Counted from the stretch's first letter, positions 42,101-55,283 are shown. The stretch: DNA of 64,000 nucleotides from Callorhinchus milii (GCF_018977255.1 NW_024704742.1:63366001-63430000); one strand, 5' to 3'. Translations and numbers: made by a program. The notes: generated from the sequence alone by a model not told the origin.

Positions 42101-42304
42101 CCAATAACAAAAAGGTTTTGCTCACATACAAAGTTGTGTGCAATCATGCAGGATTTCTAAGAGCACAATGTAATCATAATTGAGCATGTTGCTCAACTTG
42201 TTCACACCCACACGCCTAGCTACTACACACAACTGGACGTCCAATTCTTTTGGCTATCAAGTTGGAAGGAGTTGGGACTTCACACTATAGTGAATTAGAA
42301 ATCT

Positions 42305-42623
42305 AATAATAATAATAGTAATCCTTGCATTTGATATAGGGCTTTTCACGTCTTCTAGATGTCTCAAAGCGCTTCACAGAATATACTGTAAAGTGAATTG
42401 ACTGTATATTTGTGGACGAAACGCACAGTCAATTGCACACATCAGTGTCCCACAAACATCATGGATTGAAGTGACCACTTTTTATTATTGTTTTTTTTTC
42501 TTGAGGGATTATTATCGGGCATGTGGAGTAAGGAAAATTGCCAATGGTTTCACCCTGCCAGGAATAGAACCCAGATCTCTCACTTGCAAGGCAAGTGCTC
42601 TAACCACTAAGCTACAGGACTCC
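42305..42623 (-). mobile_element. tRNA-derived SINE
   Basis: Reverse complement of the family sequence. Confidence 0.9.
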
Positions 42624-44439
42624 TCAAATGGGGGAGGCTTTTTCTCCATAGTCTCCAATTGCGGTTTACCACCGATTTTAAGAGAAAAAATAGTGAGGGA
42701 TATGAGGTTAGGTCAGTAGGAGGGATTAAGCAATTCAAAACAAATGTGCTTCTCAAGCGAAATGTTTGCTCAGCTGGATGTAGGGTTGCCAACTATATCC
42801 AGCTGATTGTCCTGGAATTTCCAGGAATTAAACATTAATCTCCCAGGTGCTGCTGCAAGCAACCTAGCAGAAAAATCATAGGGATTTTTTGTGAATTAGG
42901 GACATCATAGGGACTTTGTGGCACTTTACAACAAAAACAACGACTTGCATTTATATAGCGCCCTTCACGTGGGGTAGCATCCCAGAGCACTTTACAGCTT
43001 TACAGCACGTTATTTTACCGTAAAGTTGCTGCTGTTTTACTTTCCGATGGGTTTGCAATGGAAGAGATAAGGCTTGTGGCCCCCAGTGTGTGTTAGGGTA
43101 TTGTTGGAGTTTTACCTGCTAAAGCCACATAACTTGCCGCTGCTTGACCAGCTAGGACCACCTGACCCATTAGAGCTTTCTCTTGCGGATAGCAGCAGAC
43201 TGGTTTCCTGAAAAGCATCAGGCTTGTGATGTAAAATAATGATTCATGGGGAGCCCTCGGGAGCCAAACACGGAGATGCTCTGGAGCCAATCATGGAAGG
43301 TCTCGGGAAATGTCCCATTTAGCTGCTTGGAGGGTTAAGGGGAGCCAAGTGGGACAGTAACTGGTCTGTTCCTCCAAGTCTTGCCAATAGCTAGTCTGGC
43401 TGGTCTGTTATCAGCAATGCCCTGGACTCCTGCGGACTGGCTCAGGATACATAGACATAGAAACAGGAGTAAGCTATTCAGCCCCTCGAGCCTATTCCGC
43501 CACTTTATAGGATCATAGCTGATCTATACCTCAGTCCAATTACCAGTCTTGCCCCATATCCCTTAATACCCTGAACTAACAAATATTTATCTACCGACTA
43601 TTGAGACTGCCGCATAGAACTAATTCAATTCCAAATATCTATTGCCAAGCACATCCTCTTGGAGTTAATTTAGCACCAAGGAGAACTTGCTTATGTTCTT
43701 TCCATTCTTAAAAGTCTATTGCTTTTTTTAAAAAAATCTCAAAAGGGATATGGGGAAAGAGCTGGAAAGTGGAATTACTAAAAAGACTGATTTAATAAAA
43801 ACAAAAGTGTCAATTGTATAGACATGAAGTGTTGCACTGATAATTTCTGTGTAAAGTAACAGAAAAAAAATTTAAATGCCACTGAAATCCAAAACTGCAA
43901 TTATACCTCACTGAAAAATCAACATCAATTTCCTTACAATTTAATATCAACCAGTGCAATAATAATATAAAAATAATTCTTGTATTTGATATAAAATGTC
44001 TCAAAAACTTTACAAATTTTCTAAAAAATCCTGCAAACACTTCAAAATTAAGACTGAATTTAAGAATTTGCCAAGTTCTTGGAAGTTCTGAAATGCAAAG
44101 GAATTATTTCATCCTTTAAATGAGATGTTAAACCAAATTTCTGTCCTGTCCATCTATTTGGGGACTATTTGATGTTCTCCTCGTGTCCTAACCAACAATC
44201 CCCTAAATAAAATTGATCATTTATTTCATGGCTGATTGTAGGACATTGAGACAGGCAAAACAGACCACTCAGCCCAACTAGTCTGTGTCAGTGCTTATAC
44301 TCTGCTCATTTCCATACCCTTTGTTTCCCCTTTCCCTCATGTGAAGGTCCAGGTTCCTATTGAATGCATCTACAGAATTACAAAATCATGGCAAAATGCT
44401 TGTAGTTGAGTGTTGAGTACACACATGGCTTTTTTCAAG

Positions 44440-44900
44440 TTCCAGGCTCTGGGACCCTATCATCCCCAACCACTGGCTCCCCATGCCCCAGAGGATAGAG
44501 TTCAAAATCCTCGTCCTCACCTTCAAGGTCCTCCACAGCCTTGCCCCTTCCTACCTCTGTGGCCTGCTGACCCCATATCAACCTGTCTGCTCCCTCCGCT
44601 CAGCAGGCTCCAACCTGCTCCAAATCACCTGCCCGGCCCTCCCAACCATCCATCGACAGTCTCTCTGCCCCCACCCTTTGGAACTCTATCTCATATTCCC
44701 TTTGCCTCGCTCTCTCCCTTGCCATTCAAGGCATATCTCAAGATCGTCCTCTTCGACCGCGTCCTAGGCTACCATCCTACCTTCCCTCCCTCCACCCTCC
44801 CTGATCCCAATCTCCCTGTTCGGGCCCAAATCCCTGATTGTCCAGCTCCTTGGGACATCATCCCAACATGGAAGGCCCTATACAAATATAATTTTGTATA
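44440..44900 (+). mobile_element. L2 3' fragment
   Basis: QRIEFKILVLTFK and LAPSYL motifs. Confidence 0.85.
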
Positions 44901-46339
44901 TATCTGTACTATTTGATCAAACCAGTGTCAGGCTGGCTTAACTTTCCTGTTCAACAGTCCCCTGATAAATAAGGTCACTGACTCCATGATTGTTTCTGGG
45001 ACATTGCTGTTCACAAATTGCTGCAGCATTTTGTCTAAAAATAAATCCTTTACAGTGAATCCTGTGAAGTCAGTTGAGACATTTTCCTGCTGTGAAAGAT
45101 CCTAAATCAAATGTAAGGAGTATTGTTATTAATACAGAAAACACTTAAATCACACCCGCATTTCAGTTACCTGCCTTGTTATGTGAAAGTTTATTAAATG
45201 ATTAATTAAATGATAAATGAAACAAGCTTTGATGTTGTGTTTTTCCTACTAGTCAGTTGTGTGATGTGCTTTGAGACGTCCTCTCAATATGATACATTCT
45301 ATATAAATGTAAATTGTTTTTAAGTACAATAAAGCAACTTGTTCAAAAACTAACTTTTTGGCTTGAAATATTCAGTGCAGTAACCTATCCAATGCTAGTT
45401 GTCTTGGACTTTTATTTGCATTTGAACTGATGACGGAGAGGATACATATTTAACTATTAGTTTAAGTATCAACTGAATTATACTGTTGGATACAGCAAGA
45501 CAATACGAGAGGACAAATGTTTTAGAGTTGTAAGGAGAACTTCAGGACAAACAGCAGTTTTTGTTTACCCAGAGGGTGGTTAATGACTGGATTAGGTCGC
45601 CAGGAAGTGTTGATGAGGCTAAGACACTGGATTCATTTTAAAAAAACATCTTGACAGTGTGGTAGGAGAACAATGAGGTTCTGGAAGTATGAGATCAAAA
45701 GGGGCAAAGAGCCTTTTTCATCTGAACTTATTTTGTGCTTACAAAGAGCGCTTACAAAGCGCTCTGAGATGCCGTCCGGAGTGGAGGGCGCTATATAACT
45801 CCAAGTTGTTGCTGTTGTGATCATCGCTGACGGTGTGAGCACATCAGGCGAACTTGCACAAGGAGTGCGGTGGTGGCTTGTCTGAACTGCAATCTGCACA
45901 AGCTTCTTCAAGGTCTTCATGCTGTGGGGGGCATTAGCCTAAAGGAAGTGGGGGGGCTCCATCGACCGGAAACGACACCATGTGCTCCAGACAGCCCACC
46001 CTTTCCCCCTCTCCGTGCACAGAGGCTTCCTCAGCTGCAGACATTTCTCCCAAACCAATGAGTTGCTGGAGAAGGTGACGAAGACCCCCATCAACTAGAA
46101 GGCCCTGTGAAGCCAGGGTGACCTGTGGAATTCCTCCCCTCCCAACCACCCATTGAGTGACCCACTCACACCAGGTCTCTGGGGAGCCTGCTGCTAGATT
46201 TAGGAGAGAGGGGGTGACTCTATAAGGTTGCTTTTACAGATAGTCACATTACAAACGCTTGTTCACCCCACATCTTTAGATGCCAGTGTCTCCCAGGAGT
46301 GGGGGGCGAAGGTAAGTATAACATTGATAATGCAATCTT

Positions 46340-46680
46340 TCTTGCCTCGCAAGCGAGAGTACCAGGGATCAACTCCCAGGCTGGATGAAACCCAAGGCAA
46401 GTTTTCTTATTTCAGATGCCTGTTTACCTAGCAGTAAGTAGGAATCCAGTTGTTAGTCAATTGGCAGATCACTTTACTTGGGTAATAGTCCCTCCAAAAA
46501 AACAATTTGGTCACTCAATCCATGACTGTTTGTGGGACACTACTGTGTGCGATTGGCTGCAACAATTTGCCCACAAAATACAGTCAATCCACTTTACACT
46601 ATATTCTATGAAGCGCTTTGAAACGCCTCAACGATGTAATAAGGTGCTATATCAAATGCAAGGATTATTATTATTATTAC
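46340..46680 (+). mobile_element. SINE, long variant; similar copies at ~9672-9950, 12960-13360 and 8340-8585(-)
   Basis: Carries the extra tgtttacctagcagtaagtagg segment that the short copies lack. Confidence 0.8.
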
Positions 46681-47924
46681 TTTACAATATATTCTTTAAA
46701 GTGCTTTGAGACGTTTCAATGACATGATGAGGCTCTATGTCAAATATGAGGATTATTATTATCTCATAAAGAAAATGAATTAATATTAATAATAATCCTT
46801 GCATTTGATATAACACCTTATTACGTCGTTGAGGCATCTCAAAACATTCTGCATGTGGTATGTAAATCTGCACATTTCCATAAGGTGGCCACATTTCATA
46901 CCCTTACCCTTCCAGCTCAACAAAATGAGTTACATAAATGTATGAGAACATAAAGGTTTATAAAAGTGGTGTAGCAAAGAAAATGTGGACGAAACAAAAA
47001 TACATTATATAAGAATAAAAAACATGTAAATGTAAGACCAAGTTATAACAATCCTTGCATTTTATACAGCAGCTTATTGTCGAGAGAGCTCAAAGTACCT
47101 TTCACATAGATTTTGTATTTGTAAGCCAATACAGCTGCTAATTTGTGCATAACAATCAATGCACTTCAAACAGTCATGAAGTGAATGACCAACTTTATCT
47201 TGTGGATAGTTGGGACAGTGCCATGGGATCTTTAACGGCCACCTGAACATACAAACTGGGCATAGGTTTAACATCTGCTCCGAAGGACAGCATGTCCAAC
47301 ATTACATAGGAATGTCTGACACTGCAATATAGACAGAGTTCAAGGTCTGATGTGGGGTATTAAATCGCAAACTTCTGACTGAGAGGCTGACTGAGTATTA
47401 CCATCTGAAAAAGCTGACACAGATTGAAAGATGTGCGTTTATAAAGGGGGAAAAGAGCAAGATTGGAGTTAAAGTAGTTATTAGGTCTTTTGGGTTAAAA
47501 CGGGTAGCCAGCAGTGGAATTAATCACTCGGTTGAAGCCTGTGGCATAAGGTGTGGCCAGAAAAGACCAGTTTATCCTGTTACAATTAAATATAAAGTCA
47601 GTGACCCATGACACTTTTACAGTACTTTATGCTTCATAGATCATTTATTTTTAAAGGCAGAAAGGCATAATTTCACATTGATTCAATAAACATGGTTACA
47701 ATAGACAATATTGTAGTATTGTGTTCACATATAGCAAGTCACTGTTCTGACAATAGTAAATGAACTTCTCCTGTTTCCCTTATTTCTCTTGTTTGGAACA
47801 CTAACAATAATAACAATACTCTTTGCATTTGGTATACATCTTCGAGACGTCTCAAAGCGCTTCACAGAATATACTGTAAAGTGAATTGACTGTATATTTT
47901 GTGGGCAAAACTGATAAGGTTGAA

Positions 47925-48470
47925 TCTCACTGCCTCCACCCTTGACTCCAGGACCACTGCTCTCCTGACAGAATATCTGTCAAACATCAAGTCCTGGATG
48001 ACAGCTAACTTTCTACAGTTGAACATCAACAAGACCGAGGCTCTTCTGATTGGGTCCCGTCAGCGCCTTCACACCTCAGGCGCTGACAGCATCACCATCC
48101 ATGGTTGCACATTCCACCTCACTGAGCCAGTCCAGAACCTTGGGATCTTGTTTGACCCTCAACTATCCTTTGTATTCCACATCTGTGCCATGATCCGCTC
48201 TGCCTTCCCCCACCTCTGCAACATCACTCAGTTCTGCCACTGTCTCATACCGCAGGCCACCAAGACCCTCATACATGCCTTCATTACATCAAGGCTTGAC
48301 TATGCAAACTCCTTTGTCAGCCTCCCCAACTCCTACCTTCATAGGCTGCAGATTATCCAGAACTCTGCAGCCCGTGTCCTCTCCTGCACTAGGCTCCAAG
48401 ACCCTATCACCCCCATCCTCGCCCGACTCCACTGGCTTCCCATCACACAGAGGATACAGTTTAAGATCAT
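47925..48470 (+). mobile_element. L2 fragment
   Basis: NFLQLNINKTEALLIGS and SRLDYANS motifs. Confidence 0.9.
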
Positions 48471-48874
48471 ATAAATGCCCAGCTCTTAAGATAATAATGA
48501 TGTTGTAGACCTGTCTTTTCTAATCAAATGTACGTTTAATATGTACTAGCTGCACCTGTCTATGCTTGCAACCAAGGGATTCAATATGGAATGTACAATG
48601 ACACACAGAGAGACATTTTATCTTTATCTGTACTCAGCTGGGAGGACTTTTGTGGAAGACTTTGTTCCTCAGTTTCATTTAATGGGCATTCTCTCTTATG
48701 TCTAGCATTTTTACTTATCCTTGAAAGGTTTGATTTTCATTTAGGCATCTTTATAATAAATATAAATGTATAATTTATAATCACTGGGACATCCTACTGA
48801 CGGGAAAGGCACTTTAATGATGTAATTTTGTTGTTGTTGCCGCGGCTTAGCTTCGTCTGTGTTCTTTATTTTGA

Positions 48875-50360
48875 ACCTCTTTGAACCCCAGGAAACAGCC
48901 CTGGTCAAAGTCACTAATGACATTCTGAACATCTGTGATCAGGGCTCCCTCTGCCTCCTTGTCCTCCTCGACCTCTCTGCCGCCTTCGATACAGGCGGCA
49001 GAGAGGCGGCAGAGAGGTCGAGGAGGACAAGGAGGCAAAGGGAGCCCTGATCACAGATGTTCAGAATCCATCCTCATACACCGCCTCTCCGCTTTGCTCA
49101 ATCTTCATGGACTTGCCTTTGCCTGGTTCGATTCCTATCTCTCTCACAGTCTCCACTTCGTTGCCTCTAACGGTTTCTCCTCCAGGCCCCGCACTGTCAC
49201 GCCTGGCATCCCCCAAGGCTCTGTCCTTGGCCCTCTCCTCTTTAATACCTACATGCTCCCCCTTGGTGACATCATCCGCAGACATGAGGTCAACTTCCAT
49301 ATGTATGCGGATGACACCCAACTCTGTCTTTCTGCCTCCACCATCAACTCCAGGACCACTGCTGTCCTGACAGACTGTCTGTCGGACATCAAGTCCTGGA
49401 TGAGGGCAAATTTCCTACAGTTGAATGTGAACAAGACTGAGGCTCTCCTGATCGGCGCGCGCCAGCACCTCAGCACCTCAGGCTCTGGCAGCATCAACCT
49501 CCATGGTTGCACAGTACAACTCACCGCCAGTCAGGAACCCAGGTGTCTTGTTCGACCCTCACCTGTCTTTTCTTCCCCACATCCAAGCCATGATCCGCTC
49601 TGCCTTCCCTCACCTCTGTAGCATCGTCCAACTCCGCCACTATCTCATCCCTCAGGCCGCTGAAACTCTTGTTCATGCCTTCATCATCTCCAGGCTCAAC
49701 AACAATAACTTGGATTTATATACGCCCTCCACGCCGGACGACGTCTCAGAGCACTTCACAGTAACGCATCCCGGGATATAGCGACTATGCAAATGCCCTG
49801 CTTGTTGGCCTTCCCAACTCCTCCCTCCACAGACTGCAGATAATCCAGAACTCTGCAGCCCGTGTCCTCTCCTGCACCAAACTCCATGACCCCATCTCCC
49901 CCATTCTCACCTGACTCCATTGGCTCCCTATCCTTCAGAGAATCCAGTTCAAGATCCTGGTCCTCACATACAAAGCCCTCCATTGCCTCGCCCCACCCTA
50001 CCTCAGTGACCTTCTAACGCCCTACCAACCAGCCATTCCCTCCGCTCAGCCGGCTCTGACCTGCTCCATGTCCCCCGACCCACCCGCCCCACCATTGGTG
50101 GGAGAGCCTTCAGCCACTCTGCCCCCAACCTCTGGAATTCCATCCCCCAGTCACTCCACCTCGCCCCCTCCTTAGCCTCCTTCAAGTCCCTCCTCAAAAC
50201 CCTCCTCTTCGACCATGCTATCTGCCACCCCCCTTCCCCTCCCCTCCATCCCCCCCCCACCTCCCAACCCCAGCTCAGGTCTGAAATGCTGTACACTGTT
50301 CAGTGCCGTGGGACGTCCTCCCAACATGAAAGGCGCTATACAAATGTAATCTTGTTGTTG
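48875..50360 (+). mobile_element. L2 RT-to-3' fragment with a fold-back duplication and a short antisense L2 tail insert
   Basis: ETALVKVTND, DLSAAFDT, PQGSVLGP and MYADDTQ motifs; tail at ~50350. Confidence 0.93.
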
Positions 50361-50457
50361 TATTTTCACCCACAAAATACACAGTCAATCTATTTCATAA
50401 TATACTCTGTGAAGCGCCTTGAGACATCTCAATGACGTGGTAGGGTGCTGAATTAAT

Positions 50458-51090
50458 GATGACACCCAACTCTATCTCGCTGCCTCCACCCTCGACTCCA
50501 GGACCGTTGATGTCCTGGCTAATTGTCTGGCCGAGAGCCAACTTCCTCCAGCTCAATGTTGGCAAGACCGAGGCCCTCCTGCTTGGCTCCTGGCAGCGCC
50601 TCCTCACCTCAGCTGCTGACACTATCACCACTCATGGCTGCAGTCGTCACCTCACAGAGCCAATACAAAACCTCGGTGTCCATTTCGACCCCCAGCTATC
50701 CTTCAAACCCTACATTCGTGTTGTGACCCGTTCCACCGCCCCCAATGTCCTAACCCCAGTTCAGCCTGTCCACTCCTTCCGCTCGGTGGACACCAGCCCA
50801 CTTCAGGTCACACTTCCTGCCCTACCATGGGTGGTCGGGCATTCAGCATCTCTGCCCCTACACGCTGGAACTCTATCCTGCAATCCTCACCCTCTCTCTT
50901 GCCTCCTTCAATTCCTGTCTAAAGACCTTGCTCTTTGACCTGTGCCTTCAGCCACCCTCCCACCCCCATCCCCCTTGGCCTCCATCTTTCCTGACCCAAC
51001 TCCCAGCTCAGGTCCAAAAAACCCTGACTGTTCAGCACCTTGGAACGTCTTTCCGACTTGAAGGGCGCTATACGTGTGTAATTTGTTTCT
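50458..51090 (+). mobile_element. L2 fragment with an internal deletion
   Basis: NFLQLNVGKTEALLLGS motif and 3' tail. Confidence 0.8.
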
Positions 51091-51124
51091 ATTGTATTAC
51101 TTTTAAAACATTTCTTCAAGAAGT

Positions 51125-51305
51125 CTGTATATGTATGTATGTGTGTATGTGTATGTATATATATGTGTGTATGTATGCATTTATGTATGTGTGTATGTGT
51201 GTATGTATGTGTGTGTGTATTTATTTGCGTGTCTATGTGTGTATGTGTGTATGTATGTATTTATTGGTGTGTGTATGTATGGATTTATTGGTGTGTGTAT
51301 GTATG
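51125..51305 (+). repeat. (TG/TATG)n degenerate microsatellite
   Basis: Visible gtatgt/gtgt repeats. Confidence 0.9.
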
Positions 51306-51347
51306 CAAAATCATTTCACTTTCATTGGTATATGGTTTCCATATGCT

Positions 51348-53104
51348 GGGGCGGGGCTGTGTGGGGGCGGGCCTGTGTGGGGGCGGGCCTGTGTGTGGGC
51401 GGGCTGTGTGTGGGCGGGGCTGTGTGTGGGCGGGGCTGTGTGGGGGCGGGGCTGTGTGGGGGCGGGGCTGTGTGTGGGCGGGGCTGTGTGTGGGCGGGGC
51501 TGTGTGGGGGCGGGGCTGTGGGGGGCGGGGGGGGGGGCGGGGCTGTGGGGGGGCGGGGCTGTGTGGGGGCGGGCTGGTGTGGGGGGGCTGTGTGGGGCGG
51601 GGCTGTGTGGGGGCGGGGCTGTGTGGGGGCGGGGCTGTGTGGGGGCGGGGCTGTGTGGGGGCGGGGCTGTGTGGGGGCGGGGCTGTGTGGGGGCGGGGCT
51701 GTGTGGGGGCGGGGCTGTGTGGGGGCGGGGCTGTGTGGGGGCGGGGCTGTGTGGGGGCGGGCTGTGTGGGGGCGGGGCTGTGTGGGGGCGGGGCTGTGTG
51801 GGGGCGGGGCTGTGTGGGGGCGGGGTGTGTGGGGGGCGGGGCTGTGTGGGGGCGGGGCTGTGTGGGGGCGGGGGCTGTGTGGGGCGGGGCTGTGTGGGGC
51901 GGGGCTGTGTGGGGGCGGGGTGTGTGGGGGCGGGGCTGTGTGGGGGGGGGGTGGGGCGGGGCTGTGTGGGGGCGGGGCTGTGTGGGGGCGGGGCTGTGTG
52001 GGGGCGGGGCTGTGGGGGGGGGGGGCTGTGGGGGGCGGGTGTGGGGGCGGGGCTGTGTGGGGGCGGGGCTGTGTGGGGGGGGCTGTGTGGGGCGGGGGCT
52101 GTGTGGGGTGGGGGCTGTTGGGGGGCGGGGCTGTGGGGGCGGGTGTGGGGGCGGGGCTGTGTGGGGGCGGGGCTGTGTGGGGCGGGGGCTGTGTGTGGGC
52201 GGGGCTGTGGGGGGGCGGGGGCTGTGATGGGGCCGGGGTGGGGGCGGGCTGTGTGGGGGGCGGGGCTGTGTGGGGGCGGGGCGGGGCTTGTGGGGGCGGG
52301 GCTGTGTGTGGGCGGGGCTGTGGGGGGGGCGGGGCTGTGTGGGGGCGGGGCTGTGGGGGGCGGGGCTGTGGGGGGGGCGGGGCTGTGTGGGGGCGGGGCT
52401 GTGTGGGGGCGGGGGCTGTGTGTGGGGGCGGGGCTGTGTGGGGGGCGGGGCTGTGTGGGGGCGGGGCTGTGGGGGGGCGGGGCTGTGGGGGCGGGGCTGT
52501 GGGGGGCGGGCTGTGGGGGGGGGGCTGTGTGGGGTGGGGCTGTGTGGGGCGGGGCGGGGCGGGGCTGTGTGTGGGCGGGGCTGTGGGGGGGCGGGGCTGT
52601 GGGGGGCGGGGCTGTGGGGGTCGGGGCTGTGGGGGCCGGGGTGGGGGCGGGGCTGTGTGTGGCGGGGCTGTGGGGGGCGGGGCGGGGCTCTGTGGGGCGG
52701 GCTGTGTGTGGGCGGGGTGGGGGGGCGGGGTGTGGGGGGGGCTGTGGGGGGGCGGGGCTGTGGGGGGTCGGGGCTGTGTGGGGCGGGGCTGTGTGGGGCG
52801 GGGCTGTGTGGGGGCGGGGCTGTGTGGGGGCGGGGCTGGTGGGGGCGGGGCTGTGGGGGGCGGGGCTGTGGGGGGGCGGGCTGTGTGGGGGGGCTGTGTG
52901 GGGGTGGGGCTGTGTGGGGGCGGGGCGGGGGCGGGGCTGTGTGGGGCGGGGCTGTGTGGGGGCGGGGGGGGGGGCGGGTGTGGGGCGGGGCTGTGTGGGG
53001 CGGGGTGGGGGCGGGGCTGTGTGTGGGCGGGGCTGTGTGGGGGCGGGGCGGGGCTCTGTGGGGGCGGGGCTGTGTGTGGGCGGGGCTGTGGGGGGCGGGG
53101 CTGT
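51348..53104 (+). repeat. G-rich minisatellite, ~16-nt unit GGGGGCGGGGCTGTGT, roughly 110 copies
   Basis: Directly visible tandem array with almost no A on the + strand; units contain GGGGCGGGGC. Confidence 0.97.
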
Positions 53105-53139
53105 CCTTCCCCAGGTCCCCAGTGTGTGTGTGTGTGTGT

Positions 53140-53437
53140 GAGGAGCGGTGACGTGTCAGGAGATCAGAGCTCATGTGTATATATAGCAGCAGATCCCAGT
53201 GCTCACTCAGCGCCGGGGATAGCGAGTACTCACTGAGCTGTGAACATTGGCTGCTGGTGACTGCTGGTGACCTGTGACGACCAGTGGCGGCTGGTGACTG
53301 GTGACTGGTGGCCGGTGGCCAAGTCTCTGACCAGCAGCGGGTTACTGTGACTGCACACCCCGCAGCCGCTGCGCTGGGAGCCGCTGTTCGCTGACGGACG
53401 TCTGGTGGAGCAGAGAGGAAAGCTGTGGCCGGTGAGA
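53140..53437 (+). promoter_or_regulatory. Candidate CpG-rich promoter and non-coding exon 1 of aadat
   Basis: CRE-like GTGACGTG 53148-53155, TATATATA 53178-53185, CpG-rich ATG-free stretch ending in donor ccg|gtgaga at 53431/53432. The aadat ATG exon starts with an acceptor, so an upstream exon is required. Confidence 0.55.
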
Positions 53438-53589
53438 GGGCGGAGGGGAGGGGAGGGGAGGGCCGCCTGCGGGGTGCAGCCGCTCCTGGGCTGCGGTTTG
53501 TGCACAGGGAGGGGCCCAGGGCTGGACCAGCAGAGAGCTGGTGCTGAGACCCCCGGCAACCAGACCATCCCCAAAACCTGCCACAGTTA

Positions 53590-54815
53590 CCAACTTGATG
53601 TCTGACAGACACACTGTCAGGACGGCGGTGGTCCTGGAGTCCAGGGGGGAGGCAGAGAGGTAGAGTTGGGTGTCATCCGCACACATGTGGAAGTTGACCC
53701 CATGTCTGCGGATGATGTCACCACAACAACAACAGCAACAACAAGATTCCATTTATTGAGCGCCTTTCACGTCAGGAGGACGTCCCAAGGCGCTGTACAG
53801 TTGGGTCAGGACCCGAGCATTGGGGGGAAATGGTCAGGGTGAGGGGAGGGAAGGGAGGGAGCGAGGAGGGGGTAGAGAGTCGAGAGGGGAGCTGAAGGCT
53901 CGGTCAAAGAGAAAGGTCTTGAGACCGGCCTTGAAGGAGGAAAGGGAGGAGGCGGCGAAGGCACTGGGGGATAGAGTTCCAGAGCCTCGGGGCTGAGAGG
54001 CTGAAGGCCCGGCCACCGATGGTAGGGGGGTTGGGGCGGGGGATGTGGAGCAGACCAGAGCCAGAGGAACGGAGGGTACGGGCAGGTAGATAGGGGGATA
54101 GTAGGTCGGAGAGGTAGGAGGGAGCGAGGCCATGAATGGCCTTGTAGGTGAGGATGAGGATCTTGAATTCGATCCTCTGGGGGATGGGGAGCCAGTGGAG
54201 GCGAGCGAGGGTGGGAGTGATGTGGTCCCGAAGCCTGGTGCGGGACAGTACACGAGCTGCAGCGTTCTGAATGACCTGCAGCTTGTGGAGGGAGGTGCCG
54301 GGAAGGCCGGCGAGGAGAGAGTTCCCATAGTCCAGCCTTGAGGTGACAAAGGCATGGACCAGAGTTTCAGCAGCGTGAGGGGTGAGGTAGTGCCGTAGTC
54401 TGGCGATGTTCCGGAGGTGATGGAAGGCAGTGCCAGTTGTGGCGCTGATATGAGGGAGAAAAGAGAGCTCAGGGTCGAACAGAACCCCGAGGTTCCTGAC
54501 TGGGTTTGAGAGGTTGAGAGTGCAGCCTTGGATGCACGAGGGGGCTATAGATATCAAAAAGGAAGGGACCAAGGACAGAGCCCTGAGGAACGCCACACGA
54601 GATAGAGCGAGGGCTGGAGGAGAAGCCGTTTGGTGGAGATGGTATGAGAGAGATGATCTGAACCAGTCATGGACTGAACCGTGAAGATTGAGGTGAGAGG
54701 AGGCGGTGGAAGAGGATAGAGTGGTCAATGGTATCGAAGGCAGCAGAGAGGTCATGGGGGACGAGGAGGCAGAGGGAGCCCCGGTTGCAGATGGACAAAA
54801 TGTCATTTGTCACTT
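53590..54815 (-). mobile_element. Young 5'-truncated L2 (53725-54534) nested in an older L2 RT fragment
   Basis: The host RT is split at the PLGDII region; CAC is duplicated at 53722-53724 and 54535-54537. Confidence 0.85.
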
Positions 54816-55283
54816 TTACAATACTACATTCGTAACCCTCCATAACCACAAGGTCATCGAGTTATCATACTAAGTGTTTCCTTGATTTACATCTGCAAAA
54901 AAAGACCATCTAGTTACACCTCACCTTCCTACACAGCTGCAACAGAAACGGCACCGGCATTCGGTGATGGGGAGCCAGAACTGATGAGATGTGGGTACAG
55001 AGTTTGGTCCGGGTCAGTATGCGGGCAGCAGAGTTTTTAATGAGCTGGATCTTGTGAATAGTGGAGCTGGGAAGATTAGCGAGGAGTGTGTTTGAATAAT
55101 CCAGGCGGGAGGTGATAAACGCATGCAAGAGAGTTTTGGCTGCATTTGGGGTAAGGTACAGTCAGGCGGGCAATGTGGCAGAGGTGGAAGAAAGTGGTCC
55201 TGGTCAGATTATCTTTACATTCATTAAAGGAGGTGATGCATTTCGATATCAATTATCATATGTTATTCTTTATTGCAGGCATC

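Noticed and set aside
50928..53612. Very long Gly/Pro-rich ORFs (737, 701, 775 aa)
   Set aside because: Artefacts of the satellite: with almost no A on the + strand (no T on the - strand), stop codons cannot form, so several frames are open.
53904..54806. 300-aa ORF as an intact L2 protein
   Set aside because: Chimeric read-through across a nested insertion junction at 54535; the YADD region lies on the other side of the insert.
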